Source: a virus (taxonomy: Duplodnaviria; Caudoviricetes). Taken from it: DNA of 64,000 nt. Shown one piece after another: positions 1 through 8,400 of the stretch. Where the stretch lies: the IMG/VR virus record IMGVR_UViG_3300002220_000029, positions 11,285 to 75,284 of that record. One strand, written 5' to 3'. Under the pieces are notes generated by a model. The model worked only from the letters and a program-made list of their open reading frames with translations, did no database searches and was not told the origin of the DNA. The translations under genes were made by a program, and so were the position numbers. The number at the start of each line of letters is the position of its first letter. The first letter of the stretch is position 1.

Positions 1-816
1 GTCATCAGAAAAATATGGGAGGATGGTGGCCAAATTGATTATGAAATTGCCTTATTTACACATGATGTAGAAATGGCTTTTGATAAAGAAATTGAATTAA
101 TACATTTGTATGGAAGAAAAGATAAAAAGACAGGTGTTCTTGCCAATATGACAGATGGAGGAGAAGATCCTCCTGATCATACAGGAGAAAAGCATTCTGA
201 GGAAACCAAAAGCAAGATGTCAATTGCTGCAATAGGAAGGGTCTTTTCTGATGGCCACAAAAAGAATTTGTCTGAAGCCCATAAAGGCCAACGCTGCTCT
301 GAAGAAGCAAAAAAGAAAATGTCAGAAGCTCATAAAGGCAAACGTCGTTCTGAAGAAACAAGAAATAAAATTAGTGTAGCAAGAAAAGGTAATTGTCCTT
401 CTGTTGAAACAAGAAAGAAGATGTCAGATGCCAAGAAGGGCAAACCGGCATGGAACAAAGGTGTCCCTATGTCAAGTGGACAAAAGAAAATGTTATCAGA
501 AAGAATGAATGGTAGACCTTGTCGGGAGGAAACAAGAAATAAAATATCAGCATCCTTGAAAGGAAAAACTTTTTCAGAGCAGACAAGGAGAAAATTATCT
601 GAGGCTGCAAAAGGGAAGCCAAAATCAAAAGAACATAAAACCAATTTATCTCGATCTTTGAAAGGAAAAGAGGTGTCTATAGAAACAAGAGAAAGGTTAT
701 CCAGAGCTAATAAAGGACAAATTCCTTGGATAAAAGGCAGGCATCATTCAGTAGAAACAAGAAATCAGATATCTGTATCACTTAAACAAAGGACAGATTA
801 TGGATTACACACCTAA
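1..816 (+). CDS. GIY-YIG-type homing endonuclease with NUMOD3 repeats (5' end outside window)
   Basis: Frame is open from base 1 (VIRKIWEDGGQIDYEI...); EIELIHLYGRKDKKTGVLANMTDGGE resembles the end of a GIY-YIG domain; followed by many ~17-aa (H/R)SEETK.K(M/I)S...KGK NUMOD3-like repeats. Confidence 0.8.
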   Translation, partial: VIRKIWEDGGQIDYEIALFTHDVEMAFDKEIELIHLYGRKDKKTGVLANMTDGGEDPPDHTGEKHSEETKSKMSIAAIGRVFSDGHKKNLSEAHKGQRCSEEAKKKMSEAHKGKRRSEETRNKISVARKGNCPSVETRKKMSDAKKGKPAWNKGVPMSSGQKKMLSERMNGRPCREETRNKISASLKGKTFSEQTRRKLSEAAKGKPKSKEHKTNLSRSLKGKEVSIETRERLSRANKGQIPWIKGRHHSVETRNQISVSLKQRTDYGLHT

Positions 817-1153
817 AGCTAATTTGGCCAAGAAACTGCTGGACAAATTCGGTGTAGCCATGCAGGTGATTCAGTCAATCCATGGATCCTATATTGCAAC
901 GACTGATTCATATGCCTCAACAGCAGTTACATACGACACAATTGGGGTTATCCTAAATCCTACAATGGTGTCTCCAGAAGGGATTTATGGCAAGTCTGAC
1001 CGTGTTCGTCTTCTTTTGAACGGCTCTGCATTGCCTACACTGGACCAAATTGAGTTTAATGTGGTTTATGATTCCAACAATTGGGTGGCTGACACTGTTG
1101 TGGCTGTGAAACCTGGCGGCAGTGTGATTCTCTATATTGTGGATGTTAAATAA
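800..1153 (+). CDS. putative head-tail joining/closure protein
   Basis: 117 aa, beta-rich, directly upstream of gp10-like and terminator genes; assigned mainly from synteny. Confidence 0.55.
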   Translation: MDYTPKANLAKKLLDKFGVAMQVIQSIHGSYIATTDSYASTAVTYDTIGVILNPTMVSPEGIYGKSDRVRLLLNGSALPTLDQIEFNVVYDSNNWVADTVVAVKPGGSVILYIVDVK

Positions 1154-1163
1154 TAGGAGGTAA

Positions 1164-1346
1164 ATGAATATGGACAGAGGATCAAGGAAGCATGTTATGC
1201 TGAACCAAATTGCACGGCTGGAAGCTGTCGTGCAGGAGAAGGAAAAAATCATTGGCATTTTGAGACAGGAACTGGCTGAAGCCAAAGCAAAACCTGTGGC
1301 TGGCAAAAAAGAGAAAGAACCATACGAAGGATTCAAGGACAGATAA
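1164..1346 (+). CDS. hypothetical protein (short coiled coil)
   Basis: AGGAG RBS, 60 aa, fills the gap in the operon. Confidence 0.5.
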   Translation: MNMDRGSRKHVMLNQIARLEAVVQEKEKIIGILRQELAEAKAKPVAGKKEKEPYEGFKDR

Positions 1347-1820
1347 ATGGAAACAGCAGCATTACAGGCAGAACTTTCTCAGAATGCAAGTCAATTTTCT
1401 CAATCATTGAGACAATTGGCAGCTGCAATTGATGCTGACATCAGCAAGGTTATTAGGAACGGTGTTTTGAGAGCCTTTAAAGCCATTATCAAGAGATCGC
1501 CTGTTGACACTGGTGCTTACAGAGGCAGTCATGGCATTGCCAATATGGAGCCAGCAGGAAATGAAAAAATTGTTAAAGGAAAGAAAGGATCAGTGATCCC
1601 TCCTGCAACAGCAGGCAATTGGACATGGAAGGTTGGTGATGGCGATATTTGGCTTTATAACAATGTTCCTTATGCAGAAAGACTTGAGAATGGCTGGAGC
1701 AAGACGCAAGCGCCACAGGGGATTTATAGACAGGCTATTCCAGAAATAACTAATTTCATCAATCAGGAATTGGCAAAGTATCCCAGTCTTGCACCAACGG
1801 GAGGCGGTGGAGAAAAATGA
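1347..1820 (+). CDS. HK97 gp10-like neck/tail completion protein
   Basis: SPVDTGAYRGS and NNVPYAERLENGWS...APQG motifs typical of the family; synteny. Confidence 0.8.
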   Translation: METAALQAELSQNASQFSQSLRQLAAAIDADISKVIRNGVLRAFKAIIKRSPVDTGAYRGSHGIANMEPAGNEKIVKGKKGSVIPPATAGNWTWKVGDGDIWLYNNVPYAERLENGWSKTQAPQGIYRQAIPEITNFINQELAKYPSLAPTGGGGEK

Positions 1821-2215
1821 CACCCGATGAAATCAGATCAGCCATAATGTCTTCAATTGCTGCAAGTTGGGCAACAGCAACAGAAATCTGTTATCCTAAC
1901 CAGCATTTTGTTGCACCACAGGCTTCATGGATAAGACCAACGATCAAGATGAGTGAAACGGTTGTCGGAGAACTGGGTGATGACGGAATTGGAATGAGAA
2001 GCGGATTGCTTATGATTTCGATATTTGGTCTTGCTGGGCAAGGAACCAAAACACTCATGGGTTATGCATCAAGGCTTGAATCGTTATTTAGAAGACGAGA
2101 TGTGTCAGGCATTATTTTTAATGAACCAAATACAGACATACCGGGATTGGATGATAGTGGGTACTTTCATGTGCTTGTGAGCATTGATTTTTGGACGTGG
2201 ATAGGAGAAGTTTAA
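1817..2215 (+). CDS. tail terminator protein
   Basis: 132 aa between the gp10-like gene and the tail tube; YPNQ..F...WIR and G.FHV.VSIDF pattern. Confidence 0.7.
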   Translation: MTPDEIRSAIMSSIAASWATATEICYPNQHFVAPQASWIRPTIKMSETVVGELGDDGIGMRSGLLMISIFGLAGQGTKTLMGYASRLESLFRRRDVSGIIFNEPNTDIPGLDDSGYFHVLVSIDFWTWIGEV

Positions 2216-3189
2216 TGTTAAAAAGAACAAATCTTTCCGAAGAGCATAAACAAAAGATTGGGAAAGCCAATAAAGGGAAGATCTGTTCTGTTGAATTAAG
2301 GACACAAATATCTGAATCTCTTAGAGGGAGAAAACAAACAAAAGAATCTAATGAAAAAAGATCCAGAGCCTTAAAAGGGAGAGTTATCCCTGAAGAACAA
2401 AGAAAAAGAATGCTTGATGGTATGCGTAAGACTAAAAGAGAAAATCCTACGTCTGAAGAGACAAAAAAGAAAATGTCAGAAGTCAAAACAGGCAAACCAA
2501 ATTATAAGGGGAGAAAACCACGATCAGAACAAGCAAAGAAAAATATATCAGAAGCACATAAAGGAATCATTCAATCTGAAAAACAAAGACAAAAAGTATC
2601 TGAAAGGATGAAAGGGAATAAATATAATCTTGGCAAAATTCGTACGGAAGAAAGCAACCTTAAAACCTCTCAAACGTTGAAAAAAAAATATCAAGATGGA
2701 AGTTTTGTGTCAGGAATGAAAGGTAAAAAACATACAGAGGAATGGAAAAAAGAAGTATCCCGGAAATTAAAAGGAGTAGTTCGTACAGAAGATTATAAAA
2801 AGAAAATGTCCAAGACTCATAAAGAAAAATGGCAAGATCCAGAATTTGCAGAAAAAAGAATCGCTGATTTTTTTAAAGGGAATAGATGTAAGCCAAACAA
2901 ACCAGAAATGTTTCTAAAGAATGTTCTTGAGCAGTTATATCCAGGAGAATGGAGATACGTCGGTGACGGTCAAGTTTTCATAGCAGGCAAGTGCCCTGAT
3001 TTTATCAATGTCAATGGCCAGAAGAAAATCATCGAATTGTTTGGTGATTATTGGCACAGAGGTCAAGATCCACAAGACAGGGCTGATATTTTCAAACCAT
3101 TTGGATTTGAGACTCTTGTGATATGGGAGAAGGAGTTGAAAAATTTCAAAAGTTTGAGAAGAAAAATTTTTAATTTTACAGAAATATAA
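2215..3189 (+). CDS. homing endonuclease: NUMOD3 repeats plus C-terminal Vsr-like PD-(D/E)XK nuclease
   Basis: TAATG stop/start overlap at 2213-2217; Lys-rich SEE.K.KIS repeats; C-terminus NKPE...CPDF...IIELFGDYWH...LVIWE. Confidence 0.8.
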   Translation: MLKRTNLSEEHKQKIGKANKGKICSVELRTQISESLRGRKQTKESNEKRSRALKGRVIPEEQRKRMLDGMRKTKRENPTSEETKKKMSEVKTGKPNYKGRKPRSEQAKKNISEAHKGIIQSEKQRQKVSERMKGNKYNLGKIRTEESNLKTSQTLKKKYQDGSFVSGMKGKKHTEEWKKEVSRKLKGVVRTEDYKKKMSKTHKEKWQDPEFAEKRIADFFKGNRCKPNKPEMFLKNVLEQLYPGEWRYVGDGQVFIAGKCPDFINVNGQKKIIELFGDYWHRGQDPQDRADIFKPFGFETLVIWEKELKNFKSLRRKIFNFTEI

Positions 3190-3202
3190 TAGGAGGTGTA
3201 TC

Positions 3203-4600
3203 ATGAGTGAGAACGCAGAGATCGGCCTCAGTAGGAAACAGCGAGTGTTTGCTGTCTTAGAGGATGTGTTTGGAACATTACAGCTGCCATCAGGGACAAC
3301 TGATTTTATCAGGCCTGCAGGCAACGCTGTGATTTCACAGAATCCAGCTTTTAATGATTCTGAGGAATTGGCAAATACATTGGATGTTCTTGATCGTTTC
3401 CAGAGCGCTTTGCCGCCTGGAAAATGGTCAATTCCGATGTATCTCAGGCCATCAGGAACGGTTGGGACAAAACCACAGGGATCATGTCTTTTCCAGTCAT
3501 TGCAGGGAAGCTGCCTTGCAACGTTGACTGGTGTAACTCTTGGTGTAGCTTTTGCAAGCACCACAGAGGCTACAATGGTCTTGTCCGGAATTGATATTGC
3601 TGATTTTCCGCATGTTGGGGTGGTTGGAATCACCAATGGGACTCCTACAACGGAATATGTTAGATACACCGGATATATTGCTCCGGCAACGGATGCAACT
3701 ATTGCAACCTTTACAGGATGCACCAGAGGGTATGCATCTTCAACGGCTGCTACAGGCACGGTTGGTAATGGTGTGGTTTTGTCTTCTCCGTATTATCGCC
3801 AGACAACCACTTCTCCTTCAATCTCAATTTGGATTGAAACTGACCATCTTGTGCAGGGTCTCCAAGGAGCAAGTGTAAGCGAGGCTGCTATCGATGTCAC
3901 AAATGAAGGTGCGGTCAAGCTCACGCTTTCTGGTGAAGGGATGAATATGGTTTGGGCAGGGACATCAACGATGGTTGCAAACGCTGCCACAACAGCAACC
4001 ATTGCTTATGTGGGAGACGCAAATCTTTTCTCTGTTGATGCTTGGGTTCATTGTGCATCAAGCGGGACTAATGCAAGACAAATTATTGCGGTTGATACGA
4101 CAGCAAATACCTTGCTTTTTGACGTGGCTCTTGATCACAATTGGGCAACGACAGACACGATTTGTGGTTATTTGCCAACAGGCACGGCGATTGGTGATCC
4201 TGTTGAAGCCAAAGACACATCGGTTGAAATATCTGGTGTTTCTGCAAAGATCAAGTCTGGGTCTTTGAGCATTAGGGCACCCAAGAAATATCTGTCTGAT
4301 GAAATTGGAACAGATTATGCTGAGGACTATCTTGAGGATTTGAGAGAAATCACCTCCACCCTCAAGCTGTATTTCAAGAAGGCAGATGCCAAGTATTTTG
4401 CGGATGGGATGGCCTCTGACGAAAACAGCATGCATTTCCAGTTCGGTGATACAGCTGGTTATATCATGGACGTTTATTTTCCGAGAGCTTTCCTTGAGGT
4501 GCCAACCGTTGAATTCAATGCTCCAGCTCTTGAGTTGAGCATTCCGATGAAGGCTATTGGTACTGATGGAGAAGACAGCTGTGAAATTGTAATTTGTTAA
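3203..4600 (+). CDS. major tail (tube) protein with inserted beta-rich domains
   Basis: 465 aa preceding chaperone and tape measure; C-terminal ITSTLKLYF...YIMDVYFPRA...VPTVEF tail-tube-like pattern; AGGAGG RBS. Confidence 0.8.
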   Translation: MSENAEIGLSRKQRVFAVLEDVFGTLQLPSGTTDFIRPAGNAVISQNPAFNDSEELANTLDVLDRFQSALPPGKWSIPMYLRPSGTVGTKPQGSCLFQSLQGSCLATLTGVTLGVAFASTTEATMVLSGIDIADFPHVGVVGITNGTPTTEYVRYTGYIAPATDATIATFTGCTRGYASSTAATGTVGNGVVLSSPYYRQTTTSPSISIWIETDHLVQGLQGASVSEAAIDVTNEGAVKLTLSGEGMNMVWAGTSTMVANAATTATIAYVGDANLFSVDAWVHCASSGTNARQIIAVDTTANTLLFDVALDHNWATTDTICGYLPTGTAIGDPVEAKDTSVEISGVSAKIKSGSLSIRAPKKYLSDEIGTDYAEDYLEDLREITSTLKLYFKKADAKYFADGMASDENSMHFQFGDTAGYIMDVYFPRAFLEVPTVEFNAPALELSIPMKAIGTDGEDSCEIVIC

Positions 4601-4607
4601 TTGGGAT

Positions 4608-4665
4608 TGGAGGGAATAGACTCTCGTAGTCGAACAGGGTAGATCCCGGCTCCCCTTTCCCTCCA
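4608..4665 (+). other. intergenic structured element (9-bp closing stem with internal hairpins)
   Basis: TGGAGGGAA (4608-4616) pairs with TTCCCTCCA (4657-4665); internal GACT-ctcgt-AGTC and GGG-tagat-CCC hairpins. Confidence 0.55.
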
Positions 4666-4701
4666 TATTTCAACCGGGACAGAAATCCGGGAGGAGATAA
4701 A

Positions 4702-5118
4702 ATGAAGCTGAGAACGAAGCGTATTGAGGAATGGATCATTGTTGAGGGAGAAAACCCTGACGAGAAGGCAGAGTTTTTGGTGCATCCAATGTCACCAAAG
4801 GAAACATCTGACCTGTTGGAAAAGGCCAAGAAAGCAGAGTGGGATAAAGGCCAACGATTTATGGAGATTGATTTTTATAAATTCAAACTCCAGAAAATCT
4901 ATGCCACCATTCTTGACTGGAAAGGGATTGAAGACGAGAATGGAGAATCCATCAATTGCATCAATTCCAACAAGGAACTGGTTTATCTTGGCAATCCTGA
5001 ATTTATTGACAAGGTGATTGAGCAGGCAGAAGCCCTCTACAAGAATGTTCAGGCGGATCTGGAGAAAGAAGCAAAAAACTTGAAGACTGCGCAGCATGGT
5101 ACGGAAACAAGCAAATAG
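4702..5118 (+). CDS. tail assembly chaperone (gpG-like)
   Basis: 138 aa between tail tube and tape measure; ILDWKGIEDENG motif; slippery site near the 3' end. Confidence 0.85.
   Translation: MKLRTKRIEEWIIVEGENPDEKAEFLVHPMSPKETSDLLEKAKKAEWDKGQRFMEIDFYKFKLQKIYATILDWKGIEDENGESINCINSNKELVYLGNPEFIDKVIEQAEALYKNVQADLEKEAKNLKTAQHGTETSK
5073..5079 (+). other. -1 ribosomal frameshift slippery site A AAA AAC producing a gpGT-like fusion (4702..5468)
   Basis: In-frame gcA AAA AAC fits X XXY YYZ; the -1 frame is stop-free from 5073 through the 5190..5468 ORF (LEDCAAWYGNKQIADCEGCRR...DLLQGNWLAW). Confidence 0.85.
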
Positions 5119-5468
5119 CGGATTGCGAGGGCTGTCGCAGAGTTTACAATGATGATCCGCCATGTGATACGGAATGTAAGAAACCAGATTTGCTGCAAGG
5201 GAATTGGCTGGCATGGAGACTTTGGAACATATTAAACGGCAGGGATCGACCTCTAACACAGGTCGGTCCTGGTCCTTTGCCAACAACGGCAATGATGGCA
5301 ATATGCGAGTTGTATGATGCCACCATTGACGATTTTGAGAAGATATTGAAGTTGGATTATCTGCTTTATAAAGGACCAGATGGTGGATCAAGATCAGAAG
5401 AGGGTGATTTGCCAAAGAATGTTGTAAGGATGCAAAGACCAAAATCAAAGCCGAAAGGTAAAAGATAA
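5079..5468 (+). CDS. gpT-like C-terminal part of the tail assembly chaperone (translated via frameshift)
   Basis: Open -1 frame with no own RBS/ATG; ends adjacent to the tape-measure start. Confidence 0.75.
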   Translation, partial: LEDCAAWYGNKQIADCEGCRRVYNDDPPCDTECKKPDLLQGNWLAWRLWNILNGRDRPLTQVGPGPLPTTAMMAICELYDATIDDFEKILKLDYLLYKGPDGGSRSEEGDLPKNVVRMQRPKSKPKGKR

Positions 5469-8400
5469 TGGCTGGTATCAAGATAAAAATATCAACTGAA
5501 GAGGCACAAACAGCAACCAAGAAGCTTTCAACAGATCTTGAGAAGCTTGGAGCTACAAGTAAGCTAACAGAAGCGCAGATTGCCAAACTACAATCCCGTA
5601 TGACAGAAAAGATGGGTATGGATAAAGCCAGCGACGCCATCAATCGGGTTGCACAATCTGTTGGTATGTCCAGCAAGGAGATTGAAAAGTTTCACGCGAC
5701 TCTTGCTCCTCCTGGTTTTGCAGAAAGAGTCACAAGCGGATTTAACAGAATTAAAGCCAATTGGATGGCATTAGCTGGAACTGCATTTGCTGTTGGAATT
5801 GCTATAAATCAAGCATTTAGTTATGCAAAGCTTGGTGCATCGGCACAGCAGGCAGAAGAATCTTTTAGAATTGTTGCTTTTGCTGCAAAAGAGAATGCCA
5901 ACGAAATTGTTGATGCAATGACTCGAGTGTCACAGGAAACAGTTGATAACTCTGACATTATGCAGAAAGCTGTAAAAGGAATGGTAATGGGGTTGAAGGG
6001 CAATGAGATTGTCAAGATCATGGAAGTTGCCCGTACTTCGGCAAGAATAGCAGGTGAAGACATCAAAACTGCTTATGAAAATATAACAGATGCCATTAGT
6101 ACAAATATGCCAAGATCTTTGAAAAGATATGGTCTTATTGCAAAAGAGGAGTTGGCTCTTGTTAATAAAGCAATCGCAGCTGGTATAGAAGACATCGATT
6201 TGCTTGGTCTTGTTTTATCAAGAGCTGCTGTGCAACAGGCTAAAATGGGACCTTTAGCTTTAAGTACTGCAGAAAATCTTCAAAAATTTCAAGCACAGGT
6301 GCAGCAATTAAAAGAAGACATTGGCAAAGGATTGATATGGGTTTTGCAAGAACTGTTCGGAGTCTTCCAAGCTGTTGCTGCAGGTGTGCTGACAGTTGCG
6401 TCTGGATTTGCATATTTGGTTGGAGGTGTTAATGACTTACAATCAAAATTGGCAGGATTCAGAGGCAACAAAAAAGTAGAAGCAGAATTAAAAGGCTTGG
6501 CTGATGCAGCATATAAGGTTGGCGAAGATCTTTACGGTGCTTCAGTAGAACTTGCCAATAAGTCTGCTCAAAATATTGCTGGAGTTGACAAAGTCATTGG
6601 TGAAGCTGATCAGAAAGCCATTGCTCGTGCAGAGGCCAATCATAAAAAGTTTATCAAAAACATGAGCGACAAAATTAAAGCACAACAAGGTGCAGCAAAA
6701 GCTGCGCAGGCATATGCTGCAGCATTGGAAGATATAAACAATGCAATCGCGAAATCCGAAGCAGAATTGCAGATGATTGGTAAGGTTGGTTTTGAGAAAG
6801 AGATTCATCGGATCAATCTTGAAGTAGAGAAATACAAAGCAAAAGGTATCAGCGGTGTCAAAACTGAGAGATATGCAACCTTGGAAATTTTAAAGATTAA
6901 AAAAGCCCTTCAAGTTGAGATAACTGAGCTGATTCGTAAGACCGATCTTGAAACACAGGCAATAGGTAAAACTGCTTATGAGCAGGAATTGGTGCGGATT
7001 CAAGGAGAAGTTGAGAAATATAGAAAGGCAGGCGCTGAAAAAGTTCAGATTGCCAAACTTACAGCATCTATGGTTGCCAAAGTCAATGCTGAGGCCAAAG
7101 AACAATTCAAAGAGATGGATAAATCTACCCTTGGTTTTGGTGAAACAGAGAATGAACGGCAAATTAGGCAACTGATTCTTGATAATGAAAAGAAGGTCAA
7201 ACAGATTCAGGCATGGATGCAAGGAGGCACCATAGGTGGAGAAAAGGCACCTGAGACGAAATCTGTTGATAGTCAGATACTTGATGTCAATCAACGATCC
7301 TTGGGAATTGAGATAGACCAGCTAAATTCATTGCGTGCAATTGAGGCTAAATTAACAGGCAAACCAGAACCGACACCAGTTCCGCAGCCCAAGCCAATAT
7401 CAGAACCAATTCCTGTAAAGAAGGTTCCTCCTGCAGTTGGACAGGAAGAAGGACAAGCCCTTATTGATAGAGTCAATGAAGAAACGAGACAAGCCCAACA
7501 AAAATTGGATTATGACAAGCTGAAAAAAGAGGAAGAGTATTATGCAACTATTAAGGGATATGAAGATGTTGCATTCCAGAAGAAAATGCAGAGGATAGAA
7601 TTAGAAAAGCAAATGCATTTAGCGTCCTATGAGGCTATTGCAGCAGCAGCGAAAAAATCAGCAGATGCGTCGTCAGATGCCGCTGCAAAGGCTGTAAATG
7701 CCGCTGATGCAGCTATAGCTGCGATGGATGCCGCAGTTCTTGCGGGTGATAATATACCTCAGAAAGACAGGGATGATGCTGCAAAAGCATCTAAAGATGC
7801 CAAAGCTGCGCTGGCAAAAGCAGATGCTGCTGCTGAAAAATCAATGAAGAGTCAAAATACATTACTACAGGAGCAAACGGCTGCAGAAGCAAAGGCATTG
7901 CAAGAAACAGGAAAGGCAAAACAAGATGTATGGGATGCAAATTCTGCTGAAGTAAATGCTGGCATCAATAGCATGATCACCGCATTCCAGGCGATCGGCT
8001 CAATGTATGATGAAAATTCAAAAGAATATGCCATGATGCAAGATGCAGCGAAGGCAATGATAGTATTACAACAGGCTGTTGCTGTTGCCAATGCTGTTGC
8101 CGCGATCGCCAATCAAGGTCTTGGCGATCCTTACACAGCTTTTGCTCGTATAGCTGCAATGGTGGCAGCGATGGGAGCATTATTGGCTACAATAGGCAAA
8201 TCAATAGGTGGAGGAAGCAGTATTTCTGCACGCAAGAAGGAACAGGCTGAATATATGGCCAAGCCTGAGAGCACTGTTCTTGGAGCAAAAAGAGGAACTG
8301 CAAGTGAATCTTTGGAGAAATCATGGGAGATCCTTGAGGACATGTATGATCTTCAATATCATGAATTAAAAGGGATCCATAGCTCAATGAAGCTGCTTAA

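Noticed and set aside
3203-4600. Contractile tail sheath
   Set aside because: Only one large gene lies between terminator and chaperone, its C-terminus looks tube-like, and no baseplate wedge genes were recognised
5190-5468. Independent gene starting at TTG 5190
   Set aside because: No RBS; better explained as the -1 frameshift extension of the tail chaperone
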